Part shown: positions 14,311 through 28,980 of the stretch, piece after piece
Layout: every line of letters starts with the position of its first letter
How positions within the stretch are numbered: position 1 is the first letter of the stretch
NCBI RefSeq assembly: GCF_963921235.1
Contig: NC_086109.1
Coordinates: forward strand, 35,342,001-35,406,000
Origin: Mobula hypostoma
Lineage: Eukaryota
Direction of reading: 5' to 3'
DNA: 64,000 nt
Notes under the pieces: generated by a model
Database searches by the model: none
Told to the model about the DNA's origin: nothing
What the model saw: only the letters and a program-made list of their open reading frames with translations
Position numbers and translations under genes: made by a program

Positions 14311-15087
14311 AAGGAACTGGGAGGGTGGGTGATTGTTGGTGTGGTGAGATTTCTCATGGGGATGATTATGGATGATTTATTGCTATTGATGAATACAACA
14401 AAGGCACCTTTCTCTGGAAGGAGGTGGAAGTCTTAGACTCTCCAGCAACAGCCGAGGTAAAATCATGCTCTTTACCTACTGTCAAAGCAATTTTCAAACC
14501 TTTGTTTTAAGATTTCCTTTGCATTCAAAGCCCTGGTCTTCATGTGCAAGTTGTTTACTTATGGTAACTTTGTCTTTGTAATGTGCACAAAATCCTTGCG
14601 ATTTAGGATACATATTCTGGGATTTTTGGTTTTAGGCATTATTATAAACAAAGGAATAGAGGTACCTTTTGATTTATTTTTACTCCTGAATTTTAGTGTG
14701 AACTTGAAGCTTGCAACAAGAAAGTCTGAAATTGGTCCTTGGTAACATTACCTGAAAGAGTCAATGCCATTTTTTACATTTCTCATTGTCAGCTGACTCA
14801 GATGTCTTGCTGATCACTTGCACTGTTGTTGGCAACATGAAGCTATTTCCTGGTAATGGTGATAATGTTGATCAGAAGTTGTATATGGGGCAGTTTTATG
14901 GTAGCTCATGTAAATGCACACAATAACTTAGTGTGCTTTCTTAAGAAGTTGCCTCTAATGTGGGCAGGAGCAGTGGCAGCTAATGATTACTCAGCTGCAC
15001 AAGAATAATATAACTCTGGCTTCCTTCTCAGGGAAAACAAATTATACTGCAGAAACTGAAATCAGAAAGCCAAAATTGAAACGGCAG

Positions 15088-15766
15088 GAGGAGAAGATGG
15101 CGACGCAACACTGATTGCAGTGGCCACTCCGGTGGCGATGTCTGTTATTTGTCAAGTAGGGTGCCATGCACAATCCTGATTTGATGGAGACGGATGTGAG
15201 AGCACGGTGGATCATCTGGTGAAAACTTCTGAAATGCCTGCTTTGCTGCTGCTTCTATGTGTGGTCCAGAATCTCCGGAGGAGAAGGCCCCGAGTCCTCA
15301 GCTTTGCTTGTTGATCGGCGGCCGGGGCGGGGTCAAAGCGCTCGGCAGAGGATGGTGCTCAGAGAGGCTGTGTCAAAAGGCTGGTTGGAGGTTCAAAGTT
15401 TTCAGACGGATTCAGAGTCCGCTGTGGTCGGGTGTTTCCAATGGTGCTGCATCGGAAAGTTGGTGGCGCTTGGAGGTTCATGGCAGGGAGAATTTCTCCC
15501 TTCTGCTGCCTGCGTGAGATGACGAGTCTGTCGTGACTTTGAGACTTTTTTTACCGTGCCCATGGTCTGCTCTTTATCAAATTACGGTATTGCTTTGCAC
15601 TGTTGTAACTATATGTTATAATTATGTGGTTTTGTCAGTTTTAGTCTTGGTTTGTGCTGTGTTTTCTTGTGATATCATTCTGGAGGAACATTGTATCATT
15701 TTTTAATGCATGCATTTCTAAATGACAATAAACGAGGACTGAGTGTCCTCATAATCTAATAATCTA
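15088..15766 (+). mobile_element. Non-autonomous retroelement with CpG-rich 5' part and Rex1-like tail; second copy at ~46714-47295 (-)
   Basis: Starts ggaggagaagatggcgac and ends atgacaataaacgaggactgagtgtcctcataatctaa. Clearly homologous to the reverse complement of 46714-47270. Confidence 0.75.
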
Positions 15767-15909
15767 AAAACAAAGTTTACAGAATCCCAGCCCGTCAAGC
15801 AGCATCTGTGGAGACAGACAGAATCAAGAATTAGGTTTATTATCACTGACCTATGTAATGAAACAGGTTGTTTTGTTGCAGCAGTACTGAGCAAGACATA
15901 AAGTTACAA

Positions 15910-16817
15910 TAGTCATAGTCATAGTCATACTTTATTGATCCCGAGGGAAATTGGTATTCATTACAGTTGCACTATAAGTAATTAAATAGTAATAAAACCA
16001 TAAATAATTAAATAATAATAGGTAAATTACGCCAGAAAATAAGTTCAGGACCAGCTTCTTGGCTCAGGGTGTCTGACCCTCCAAGGGAGGAGTTGTAAAG
16101 TTTGATGGCCACAGGCAGGAATGACTTCCTATGATGCTCTGTGCTGCATCTTGGAGGAATGAGTCTCTGGCTGAATATACTCCTGTGCCCAACCAGTCCA
16201 TTATGTAGTGGATGGGAGACATTGTCCAAGATGGAATGCAACTTGGACAGCATCCTCTTTTCAGACACCACCGTCAGAGAGTCCAGTTCCATCCCCACAA
16301 CATCACTGGCCTTACGAATGAGTTTGTTGATTCTGTTGGTGTCTGCTACCCTCAGCCTGCTGCCCCAGCACACAACAGCAAACATGATAGCACTGGCCAC
16401 CACAGACTCGTAGAACATCCTCAGCATCGTCCGGCAGATGTTAAAGGACCTCAGTCTCCTCTGGAAATAGAGATGGCTCTGACTCTTCCTGTAGACAGCC
16501 TCAGTGTTCTTTGACCAGTCCAGTTTATTGTCAACTCGTATCCCCAGGTATTTGTAATCCTCCACCATGTTCACACTGACCCCCTGGATGGAAACAGGGG
16601 TCACCGGTACCTTAGCTCTCCTCAGGTACACCACCAGCTCCTTAGTCTTTTTCACATTAAGCTGCAGATAATTCTGCTCACACCATGTGACAAAGTTTCC
16701 TACGGTAGCCCTGTACTCAGACTCATCTCCCTTGCTGATGCATCCAACTATGGCTGTGTCATCAGAAAGCTTCTGAAGATGACAAGACTCTGTGCAGTAG
16801 TTGAAGTCCGAGGTGTA
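15910..16817 (-). mobile_element. Young 5'-truncated Rex1/Babar LINE (RT C-terminal half, open frame) nested in an older Rex1 tail
   Basis: 280-aa ORF 16008-16850 with HLQKLSDDTAIVG, LQLNVKKTKELVV, YKYLG, RRLRSFNI; (actatg)n tail at 15910-15929. Confidence 0.9.
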
Positions 16818-18109
16818 ATTGCCTCGGACTTCAAATGCAATAAAATACAAATATAAATAGTGTGAAGAAGAATAATGAGGTAACGTTCATTGGCTCATGG
16901 ACTATTCAGAATTCTGATGGTGGAGGGAGAGAACTATTTAGAATTTCAGTGTCTCTTTCTCAGGACACCAGAACAGCAACACTTTCCTATTCCTGTGAAA
17001 GGACTGATGAGCGGAAATGCTAAATGATTTCTCTTTCTACAAATGCCATTAGATTGGCAGTAGCCTTCTAGCATTTCCGAATTTCTTTGTTTCTGACTTC
17101 TCTATCCTACATATACTAAACCATTTTTATCTGAAGACTAAACCAGACAGACATTTCCTCAGTTAGATATACAAGGACTTATAGCCGCATTAAATAGCTG
17201 CAAAGAATGTCTGAGATATACCTCTGTTGATTTTTCTCCTTGATGTTTTGTTTGAAGGAAATTCACCCCTGAAATTGTGCTTTCTACTTTGTATAACTAA
17301 TTGATGCAATAGTGGATGAAGCTTGATTCCACTTCAGTAAATCCATTAAGGGGTTGCAGCTGAAATCAATACTAAGGATTAGTTCAGCCAGATTTGTCCA
17401 AAATCCACTGGTTGAATTCACTCGTCCAGATTTTTATTCATATTACTTTTTTAAAGTTTTGAACTAATCACAAATTATGGCTGTTTGCTTTAGAAGCAAC
17501 AAAATATATCTTACATAATCTAATCATATTATTATAGCTTAGAAATAGGAGTGAATTGAATATTTTGTGTAGTGGCCATCTGCAATTAAGCCGTCTTGAG
17601 TACTGATGGAGCACTTTACATTTTGAATAGGATAATATGATAATTAAAGATAATCATAGTCTTCAATGTTAAAATTAATTGCAATGAACTTCACTTGACT
17701 GTATGCACTTGGTGTCAACAATAATGTAATATCGATTGAAGCTACCTACCACTGGCAACAGTGTGGGATATTATACACTTTGACATATCTCTGACAGGAA
17801 TTGAAGAATTTCACAGAAATAAAACTAACTTGCTTTCTGGTTCTAGTGGTGCTTGACAATTATTCATCCCATCTTGTGAGTTTTAATTCCATCACACAGT
17901 GATAGAACCTATTTTAATAACTACTTATTAAAATGTCATGTCATTACTCTGGGACTTCTTACACTCTCTCTATTGGGGCCTACATTAAAAGTACATTAAT
18001 CTAAATTAAATCCATTTACTTGAGGGCTTACTTTGTTATAATCTAGATATTTCTCCCTGAGTTTTAATTGAGCTGTTGCTTACATGATTTGTAAATACAA
18101 AATACACTG

Positions 18110-18500
18110 CAGGAAAGTAGGCAGTGTGGCAGAGAACAGCGGCGTGGAAGGCAAGTGGAATCTGCGCTGGGTTGGGTTTTGGCTCCTGCAAGCCGACTCT
18201 GCCCTGTAGTGTTCACCCCCTGGGAAACAAGCTGGATTTCCTTAATCTACAGCTGACCCAGAGCGAGATGAGAAACTGTTGCATACTTGTTCTTAAAGAA
18301 ATGTGGCTCCAGGACTACATGTACTATCAATCTGCAGGCCATGCCACTCAGGGACTTGTGCTAATGTTATTTTGTGACTGTATGTGCTATCATAACTATA
18401 TGTACTGTACTTTTGCACTTTGGCATTGGATGAACAATGTTTTGTTTAGCTGTAGACATCTGTATGATTGAATGACAACTAAACTTGATCTTGAACTTGA
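18110..18500 (+). mobile_element. Internally deleted Rex1/Babar element (endonuclease start joined to 3' tail)
   Basis: LGNKLDFL..EMRNCCILVLKEMWL followed directly by a tail ending aaacttgatcttgaacttgaa. Confidence 0.55.
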
Positions 18501-19169
18501 ATGAATATGAACAATTATTAGTGAGCATTTTCCACGTCACCGGTTTTTGAAAACTGAAGTTAGAAAAGTTACAATGTTGATTTCAATTAGCTTCCACTGT
18601 TTTGCTTCTAACAGTTTTTGCCTCTTCACACCAGTTGAGTGAAACAAATATTCCAGTGCCACCCATTGCTTTGCATTACATTGTAAATCACTTCCCTCCA
18701 GTAAACGTGACTCTGCAGCAGTTTTTGTCAGGCATCAGCATGGAAGATGGACACCTCAGCAGAAAGCTTAATGAAATAACTGAACTGATGCCCATTTTCA
18801 GTCTCCAATGAAGCTGCAATGTCTTACCAAAGTTAGACTCTCCAAGGAGCCAGTGCTAAGTTCAGTTGCTTTACAGTGTATCAATGGTTAAATCATTTTA
18901 GATTCATTTGAGACCATGCGCTACATCCTACATAACAAATACCCATTAATTTCTGAGCTTTCCGCCAGTCTTTCTGGCATCCGTGCGGTTGCTACTCAGC
19001 AGTAGAGGTTGACTAGTTTATTTGCAATTAAACAGCTGATTATAGACTGAAGCAAAAACCTTCAGATGTTGGAAATCCAAAGCAAAACTTCTGGGAGAAG
19101 TGCTGAAAACACTCAGCAAGTTAAGTATCACCAGTGGAAAGAGAAAATAGAGTTAACATTGTAGGTCAA

Positions 19170-20385
19170 AAACAAAGAAATAACCAGAAGGATAGACAAA
19201 GGAGAATCGGTAGATTTTGTGCACTTAGATTTTCTGAAGGCCTTTGACAAGGTGCCACACATTAGGCTCCTTAACAAGATAAGAGCCCATGGTATTACAG
19301 GAAAGATACAAGTATGGATAGAGGATTGGCTGATTGTCAGGAGGTAAAGAGAGTGAATAAACTGTTTGGCTGCTGGTGATCAGTTATGTTCCACAGGTGT
19401 TAATGCTAGAATGTTTCTTTTTGCATTATGTGCCAGTGATTTGAAAGACAAAATTGATGGGTTTCTGGCTAAATTTGTGGATAATATGAACATAGGTGGA
19501 GAGCAAGGTAGTACTGAGGAACCAGGGAGGCTACAAACAACTTGAATGGATTGGGAGAATGGGCAAAGAAGTGGCAGATGGAATACAGTATCAGGAAGTG
19601 TATGGTCATGCACTTTGGTAGAAGGAACAAAAGCATAGGCTATTTTCTAAATGGGGAGAAAGTTCAAAATCCAAGGTGCAAAGGGACATGGGAGTCCTAG
19701 TGCAAGATTCCCTAAAGGTTAATTTGTAGTTTGAATCTGTGGTGAGGAAGGCAAGTGCAATGTTAGCATTCATTCTGAGAGGACCAGAATATAAAAGCAA
19801 GGATGTAATGCTGAGGCTGTAAAAGGCACTGCTGAGGTCTCACATGGAGTACTCTGCGCAGATTTTAGGGCCCTGATCTAAGAAAGGATGCACTGACCTC
19901 GGAGAGAGTTCAGAGGAGGTTCACGAGAATGATTCCGGGAATGAAAGGTTTATCGTACTGATGGCTCTGGGCCTGTACCCACTGGAGGTTAGAAGAATGA
20001 GGAGGGGATTTTATTGAAACCAATCGAATGTTGAAGGGCCTAGATGGAGTGAATGTGAAGAGGATCTTTCCCATAGCAGAGGAGTCTAAAAGCAGAGGGA
20101 GCAGTCTCAGAATAGAGGGTCATCCATTTAGAATAGAGACGAGGAGGAATTTTTTTAGCCAGTGAATCTGTGGAATTCATTGCCACAGATGGCTGTGGAG
20201 GCCAGATCATTGTGTGTATTTAGGGCAGAGGTTGAAAGGTTCTTGATTAGTCAATGCATTAAAGGTTACAGGGAGAAGGTAGGAGAATGGGTTGAGAGAG
20301 AAAATAGATTGGCCATGATGAAATGGCGGAGCAGAAACAATGGGTCAAATGGGCTAATTCTGCTCCTGTATTTTATGGTCTTAAC
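19170..20385 (+). mobile_element. CR1 LINE RT and 3' UTR fragment
   Basis: LDF.KAFDKVPH, KF(V)D(N), NLWNSLPQ motifs, with frameshifts. Confidence 0.85.
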
Positions 20386-21899
20386 TTATTGCATCAAAGT
20401 AAGGGTTAGTTAAAGCAATGGACTAAGGGCAAATTATCAATCATAGTCATAGACAACATAGACAGCAAAATACAGAAATAGGAGGGTTAGCATGACATAG
20501 TTTCCAGACATCAGTCTTTAATTGCCCCACTTCTTCTGCACCTATCAGCATAACCTTACAGTCTTTCTTCACGACATGTTATCCAGCTTTCCTTTGAATT
20601 CATGGTGGTGCATACTGCAGTCCGTTTCTGCTCATCCAAAGTATTGCTTTCGCAATTACTTATGATTGAAAGAGAGTCCAATTTAACCCATACAATTTAT
20701 ACTTCATAATCAGGGGTTGTGAATGAGAAACAGGTTTGATGGTATGTGAAAAACAGCTCATTGTCATATCTTAATTTTGTGTGATGCTGCATGCAAAGTA
20801 AAAGGAAGAAAAATTGGTCGGAAAATTGCAAAGCTTGTTCTGTGGCTCAGGAATGAAATTCACACCTTTTCAATTACATGCAGTCTTGTATATTGGGTTC
20901 AGCCTGGCTGCTTACAAGATTAGTATCTCACTCCATATTGTCAAGCCATAATAGAAATGGGCAAGTGAATGTATTTGCAAATGGCCTGCACTTAACCAAA
21001 TGATTCATAAAATATTCAGAAGGAAATTGCTATTTGCACACACCAAAGGAATGGAATTGCATTTTTTAACTGAAGTTAATAATTTGATAATGCACCTGAG
21101 AATTTTTGATTCTTATTTTTCACATCTGTAATAGATGCAATTATGTCCTCATTAATTAATACAATTTCTAATAGTAAAGCAGTCATTACAGATGTTGTGG
21201 TTCAGCTCCTTGTCCCAAAATAACATCCAACATTGACAAAGCTGATTGAAAATACAATTTCAGTCTCTGAGGGAGAGTGTGCACACCATGTACATGCTTT
21301 CAAAACCTTTGCTCTATAGTCTGCAAGTCCACAGCATAAATTTGTGATTTATCTATTTCAATTCATCAAAAAGAAGCTTTTTTAAGAGTGGAAAAGGGTT
21401 TTGTTTTACAGTGGAGTGGATATACATATGCGCGGATAAACAATTTCACTAACAATCTGGTAAGCTGAACATGAAGACATCATTTAGGCAAGCTTAAGGC
21501 AGCCTATATGGTGTCTATATGTTATTAAATAAAAATAGATACTATATTATGTTTGCTACATTTTTGCTAAAACCTTCTTCATAGTACTTTCCTAAATACT
21601 TGTAACATTATTCTTTGCTTGAACAGAATGAGTTTTCACGCTCTGAATATTTACGTGATGCATAAGAAATATTCATCTCTTTGATTGATGGCTACTAAGC
21701 CAGTTCTCAATGCCACATTTTGATTTCCGCCTTTAAAAAATCGTTATTTTCCATGTCCCATTTGTTGCCAACCGGTTGAATACACGATCACAATTTTGGG
21801 AAGAAGGATATCCTGATCCTGTTTCATTCAATTGTGAAGTAATACTTTCTATCACCACTCATGGTACAACTATTACTTTCTGAAATGTAGCCACCCTTT

Positions 21900-22730
21900 A
21901 CAAGGCTGGCATTTAATACCCATCCCTAACTGCTTTTGAGAAAGTGGTGATGGGCTGCCTTCTCAGCTTGGTGGACAGACTCTGAAAAAGTTGTTGGGTG
22001 CTGTGCTCGAGAAATGAGACCTGTTAGTAATGTCTCTAAATCAGAATGTGTAAGTGTGCTTTTGAATCAGCCTTGGTCTGTGACAACTGTGCATTTTGCA
22101 GATGTTTCACCAGTGGTGAATGGAGTTAATATTTAAGATAATGGACGGGATGTCAATCAAACATGTATTTTTTAACCAGAATTCTGTTCAGTACTTTGAG
22201 AGCTTCTGAGCTGTATACATTCAGGCAAAAGAGCAATATTCTTTCACAATCCCATTACGTGCCATGTATAAAGCCTTGGGGAAGTGAGGAGATAGCCACC
22301 TGGTACAATATACCCAGCCTCTGACCAGCTCTTCCAGCCATTTCATTTTAGCATCTGATCATTGGTGGTCACCAGGGTGTTGATAAAGGAATGCTCTGTA
22401 AAGATTTTGTTGGAAGTCAAAGACAGATAGTTAAGCTTTCTCTTCCTGTGGATGCTTATTGGTTGGCACTTGCTTGCCATAAGGCCATAGGAAATGAGTC
22501 TATTACTATGTGGAGAGCGGTGGTGAGTGGTGAGGCAAATATACGTGGTAGAGAGCAGCTGTATATTAAGCCAAATGACAGGGTTGTCAAATCAAGGACA
22601 GCTTTGGCCTGGTTGACGTTGAGCTTCATCAGAATATTGCATCCATTCATTTGGCCATTGAGAATTTCATTTTGCATCTGTTTTAACCCTTATAAATGGC
22701 CAAAGTGTTTTACCAGTTGAAGAGTTGAAC
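21900..22730 (-). mobile_element. Ancient L2/CR1-type LINE 3' fragment
   Basis: ggctggcatttaatacccatccctaactgc..gagaaagtggtg tail motif; heavily decayed. Confidence 0.5.
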
Positions 22731-24714
22731 GAGTTGTTCCAGACAACCCATCCTCTGCCCTTTCTTTCACCTATGATCTTTATATGGTTATCCCTAATTA
22801 GTGATGTAAATCATGATGTTGATGACAGAGGATTTAACAATAGTTCCCAGTTCTGAGATGTAGCTGGGATTTCTGCTTTTTCAATCTTTCACTGCCTGAT
22901 TCTCTCATGTGAGAAGTTTGACTGCTATTGCTCAACTCATTTTTAGATGTTAGACAGATCCTGTTAAAGAGTAATGTGGCTTTGTTATTTTTTTACAAAT
23001 ACAGCACGGTAACAGGCCCTTATAGCTCAATGAGCCCGTGCTGTCCAATTAGACCCATGTGACCAATTAACCTACTAGCAGGATGCTTGTGACCACGGTT
23101 CGACGGTTTTTAATTTTCAGCTAATAATACTAATTTTGTGATGTTGGGAAATAGTTTAAAAATTATTTAGGCTGAGAATGCTTTAGGAAAATGTTCAGGG
23201 ACCCAGATTACTGGCTTTTTATAGACACTGATATGTTCCTTTATGCCAAGAATGACAACATTATTGAACATTGTTCACTTGATCATACATTTAATTCTCT
23301 TTTACTTGGGCTCCATGGTTGCACATTCAACCTGATGATACTTTGATAATAAGGCAGCTATTCTCTCTTTCCAGTGTGTTTGGATCTTGCACAAGTCTCT
23401 CACAAAGCAATGATGAAATCTGGTGCCAAGTCATTAAAGCTGTTATTTTAAATCTTCTACATTATCAAGGTGATGCCAGTGTTATAGCTGCAACAAATAC
23501 TATAAACTACATTTTGTGCATAATTCAAAAGACATTGCTCCTTCATGGCTACTGTACTTCATTAACTTACGAATGAATTGGGTTTTCAAAAAGATTGGGA
23601 GATCTTTGGTTGACAAACATTGCAACTGGCGTAGAATTAAGATAATTAAATTGGCTTGAAGGTGTTTATATGTTTACAGTTGAAAGATTCTTCCATTTTC
23701 GGGAAATGAAAGAATATCAGGAAATAAGTTCATTCAAAATGCGTCATTGTGTACTTGGCTGAATCATTGTATCCGAGAGCTGTTAGATCCACCATTAATT
23801 TCTATGATGAGCTCACTCAGTCCTCAGCTTGTCTAAGGGGAGATTCTGTTACAGTGATGATACAACTTACAAAAGAATGCAAAGAGTATCAACATCTTTT
23901 TCTGTGACTGGTCACAGCGTGCCTGTGACATGGGGAATACCTGTGGGAATTTTGTATATTAAGGTGAATGCACAGCCTTCTAACTTGAGCAGGATAAATA
24001 AAAAAACTACCCCATGAGGGAGGATAATTAAAATGCCTCATCTCTGTAATGCAGAAAGATTTAGAAAAAAGGCAGGTTAATTGAATTCCACTTCTTTCAG
24101 GGTCCATTTTTTATAGTTTATGATTTTGTTTCCACCAATATTCAAATACTTGCATAATACAATGTTCGTTCTTTCCAATATTTTATGCAAAAAATTATGT
24201 CTTTTTTCCCTCAAATCTTTATCATGGCCAGGATAAAGCAACTAAAGTCTATGTGTGGCAGCAATAGAGGAAGAGCGAGTTTACTCTGGAGTTGAGCAGG
24301 GATGGAATGAGAGTCAAACCCACCCCATTTATCAATTTATTTTATTTTTTTTATTTACACAATTTGTCTTCTTTTGCACATTGGTTGCTTCTCAGTCTTT
24401 ATTTACATGTAGATTTCGTAAATTCTATTGTATGCCTTTATTTTTCTGGTAATTGCCTGCAAGAAAATTCTCTCAAGGTAGCATATGGTAACATAGGCAT
24501 ACTTGATAATAAATTTTCTTGGACTTTGACTTTGAATACATGCTTCTTTCTGTTCCCCTGGATCTGTGTTCCTCTGACAGGCAAACTGGGACATCTTGAC
24601 TGTGACACAGACTATCTGATTCAGAGCAGGAATGGGGAGGAGGGCTGACTCTGATACTGATATTAGGTCACAGGGTTGCACAGCTTTGGTTCACCTCCCA
24701 AGCATCATGCCTGT

Positions 24715-25770
24715 TCATAGTAATCCCACTTGCTTGCATTAATTTCATATCCTTTAAAGACCTGCTCATTAAAGTAGCCATGAGGGTGTCTTTTAAATGT
24801 TGCTATTGTTCCTGCTTCAACCACCTCCTCTGACAACTCATTTTAGATGCCAACCACTCTTTGTATGAAAAAAATACCCTGCAGATCCTCTTTGAACCAC
24901 CTCCCTCTCACCTTAACTCTATGCCTTCTGGTTTCAGACACCCTTAATAAGAGAAACTGACACTGGCTACCTTCGCTGTCCAAGCCTCTCATAACTTTAT
25001 ATTCCTCTGTCATGTCATGTCTCAACCTTCTCCGCTCCAAGGAAAATGGACCCAGCCTATCCAGTCTTTCCTCGTAATTCAAGCTCTCCAATTTGGGCAA
25101 CATACTTGTGAATCATTTCTGCACCTGATCTTACTTAATCATGTCCTTCCTATAGGGCAGTGAACAGATCTGCACACAATACTCCAAGTGTAGCCAAACC
25201 AATATTTTGTACAACTGTCTAAGGAGTTTGTATGATCTCCCTGCGACTGCGTGGGTTTTCTCTGGCTGCTCCGATTTCCTCCCACATTTGTACAGAGCAG
25301 TAGGTTAACTGGCCACATATAATTGGGCAACACAGACACTTGTTAGGCCAACAGAGCCGGTTACCAGGCTGCATCTCTAAATAAATAAATAAATCAATAA
25401 AGACCGCAACATGATGTCTCACCTCTTTACTCAGTGCCTCAGCAAAGGGCGGGAGTCATGCCATATCCTTTCCTCATGACCCTGTCAAGCAGTGATCCCA
25501 TTTTCAGGGAAGTATGTACTTGTGCCTCAAGACATATCAGGTCATAACACTACCCAGGGCCCAACCACTCACTGTGCAGGTATTGCTCTGGTTCAACTTC
25601 CAAAATTGCATCATTCTGCACTTGCCTTAGTTAAATTACACCTGCTATTCTCTTTCTCGTTTTCCCAGTTAATCGATAAACAGTTGTAATCTTAGATGAG
25701 CTATTTCATTGTCCACTATACCACCAACTTTGGAGTCATCTGCAAACTTAAATCATTACCATCCTTCTGT
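24715..25770 (-). mobile_element. CR1 LINE 3' fragment with a V-SINE (+, ~25218-25395) nested inside
   Basis: YEERLDRLGPFSLERRRLRHDM; FADDSKVGG; SINE part gactgcgtgggttttctctggctgctccg with a (aaat)n tail. Confidence 0.8.
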
Positions 25771-27264
25771 TTTAAGCTTATAGGAAAAGTGAGTGAAGAC
25801 AGGAAGCTGAATCTATTGAAAGTACAAATTGATCCATAAATGATCACATTCATGTTTCACTCCAGAATAAATGATGTTAAAATTGCACAATGCTGGCAAA
25901 ATAAGCATGGTTTTGCAACTCAATGTCTTGTCACTTGAAGCTGGGCTACATTCCAACCATGCAACAGGTTCAAGAAGCTATATCTCCTCCTCTTTCCCCC
26001 ATATTTGTATGTCGTTTATCTGCTTTCTCCCCTCCAGAGATAATGTTGCTATTAACATGGAGCTCAAAAACCCCTTCATCATCTTTGTCTTCCCTTCCAC
26101 ATTGGATCTAATTTTTGAATAATTTAAGTATGATCAATTATACGAAAAAACAACTTTTCTCTTGTCTTCCAATTGCACTCTTTGGAATGGAGATGACACA
26201 TATGAGTAACAGGAGTAATAATGCAGTTTTGCTACTATTAACCTGTGTTGCTGAAACTTTTTTCAGATCATTTCAATTACAATTGCCAACGTAATTCCAT
26301 AAATGTATTTTGCTGAGATGTGATAGACTATTTATGAGGCTTGCAATAATGGGAATCTTATGTTGCTGCTGAGACTTTGCTGAAAATTGCTATAATGCCT
26401 GTAAGTGAAGGATCGATTCACAAACCACTGACAGGTAATATCATTCACAGGAAGGAAACACATGTGATACTTGCTGAATATCATTAATCATTTAAACGGA
26501 AATGTAAGTGCATTGAGATGTATGTCCCACTCACAACCCATCTCAATTGTTAATCATCAGCATTGTATCAACTCCTATCTGTTGACCACAACAGCTTAAG
26601 TATTCACTTTAAGTCATCTGTGTCACTACTGATACATTTCAATGTGACAGTCCTTCATTTCCACTCATTATGATCAAGTTCCTAACTCTGCGGTGGATAG
26701 TGTTCCAAAGCTAATTAGCAAGTCCAACAGATGGCATGATTGGCAGGAGATGAATATGACCCACTTTATCGTGGTATCATAGAGAAAGGTTCAAGGATGT
26801 TCTCAAAACCTCCTTGGATAAAAGTGTATCATCCCCAGTAATTTCTTGGAACCCTTGGCACGTGATTGCTCTAAGTGGAAAGGAAGCGTGTGGGATGGCA
26901 GTGAGAAATTCAGGTCAATATGCTGCCAGTAAACACTAAAAAGGTCTGATGTAAATACTGGAAGGAATGTACAACCTCAAAGACTATTTATCCACATATC
27001 CTATCTGTCACCTCTTACTCTGCCTGGCAATTCTTGCCCCATTTGTGGTCTGCAGCTTCAACGTCAGCCTCATCAGTCACCGCAGAACCCACAAAGCTAA
27101 AGTGAAAACAGGTCATTTTCAATCTCTAGGGACTGCCTAAGAAGAAGAGGAAGTGTCAGCTAATATTTTGTCTGGCAGTCAGCAGTTGCATATTTCACTC
27201 CTGCTCCAAAGTATAGTCACATAATTAGGCTTGACACATCATTGAATAGGAAGCATAGGAACTG

Positions 27265-28980
27265 TCAAAGTAAAGTTAATTATCAAAGTACATATATGTT
27301 ACATGATACCATTTTCTTGCAGGTGTTTACAGTAAAAATAATAAAATGCAATTGAATTTATAAAAATCTATATATAAACGAAGACTGACAAGCAACTGAT
27401 GTGCAAAAGAAAACAAATAGAGAACCTGGGTTGTAGAGTCCTTGAAAGTGAGTATGCAGGTTGTAGAATCAATTCAGAGTTGTGGTGAGTGAAGTTATCC
27501 ATGCCTGATAGTTGAGGGAATATCTGGACCTGAACCTGGTAGTAAGGGACCCAGTGTTAGGAGCACAGCCTGGATGGTGGGCGTTCTTGATGATAGATGT
27601 TGTTTTCCTGAGGCAGTGCTCAATGGTGGGGAGGGCTTTTTCTGTGATAAACTAGGCTGTATCATCACTTTCTGTATTCACCAAAGGATGAGAGGTGACT
27701 TAATGGAGGTGTACAAAATGATAAGGACCATAGATGGAGTGGATAGTCAGAGACTTATTCCCAGGGTGGAAAATGCTAATACAAGCAAGGCATAATTTTA
27801 TAGGTTATTGGAATAATGTGTAAGGGGGATGCCAGAGGTAAGTTCTTTACACAGAGGAGGGTAAGTACATGGAATGCCCTGCCAGGGGTAGTGTTAGAGT
27901 CAAGTAGCTTAGAGACATTTAAGGAAATCTTAGATAGCCACATGAATGATTGGAAAATGTAGGGTTATTATGGAGGGAAGCGTAGGTTAAAAAGCTGCCA
28001 CAACATTATCAGTCGAAGGGCCTTTGCTTCGCTGTTTTCTGTAGAACATACAAAGTCTATGTTCTGTAGACCATTCTGTTCCTGGGCATTGGTGTCTCTA
28101 TTACCAGGCAGTGATGTAACCAGTTGGAATACTCTCCACTGTGCACCTATAGAAGTTTGACAAAGTTTTTAGGTGTCATGCAAATTTCTAAGAAAGTAGA
28201 GGTGCTGTTGAGCCTTCCATGTAATGGCACTTCCATGCTGGTCCCACGGCAGATCCTCTGAAATAATACCAAGTAATCTAATACTACTGACCCTCTCCAC
28301 TTGTGATCACCCTAAGGAGGACTGGCTCATGGACCTCCAGTTTCTTCCTGCTGTGGTCAATAATCACCTCTTTAAATTCACTGATGTTGAGCGAGAGGTT
28401 GTTGGTGGGGAACCATTCAACCTGATTTTTGATCTCTTTCCCATATGCCAACTCATCATCATCTTCAAATTGGCCAACAACAGTGGTGTCATCAGCAAAC
28501 TTAAGTATGGTATTGGAGCTGCAGTTAGTCATACAATGAAGTGATTGAAAAAGGGAGGATAAGCACATAGCCTTGTGGTGTACCTGTGCTGATGATAATT
28601 GTGGAGGAGATGTCTGTAATCCATATTGAATGGGTTCCACAAGTGAGGAAATTAAAGATGCAGTTGCAGAAGGAGGTATGTAGGTGAAGTCTTGGTACCT
28701 AGTGTGAGTTTTGAGGCGATGATATTGTTGAATGCTGAGCTGTAGTCACTGAAAAGCATCTTGATGAGTGCATCTTCACTGTCCAGATGTTCCAGAGGTG
28801 AATGAGTAACCAATGACATGGCATCTACTGTTGACCTGTTGTGACAGAAGGCAAATTGGAGAGGATCCATGTCTTTCCTCAGGCGGAAGTTGATATGCTT
28901 CACAACCAACTTTTCAATGCATTTATCACAGTAAATGTAAGTGCCACTGGACGATAGGCATTGTGGCAGTTTACCACATT
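27265..28980 (-). mobile_element. Rex1/Babar LINE with a nested CR1 3' end (+, ~27680-28065)
   Basis: DPLQFAFCHNRSTVDA, MLFSDYSSAFN, ILKFADDTTVVG. Confidence 0.85.

Noticed and set aside
16008..16850. 280-aa ORF as a host gene
   Set aside because: It is the C-terminal half of a Rex1/Babar reverse transcriptase; its N-terminal residues come from the junction and flank.
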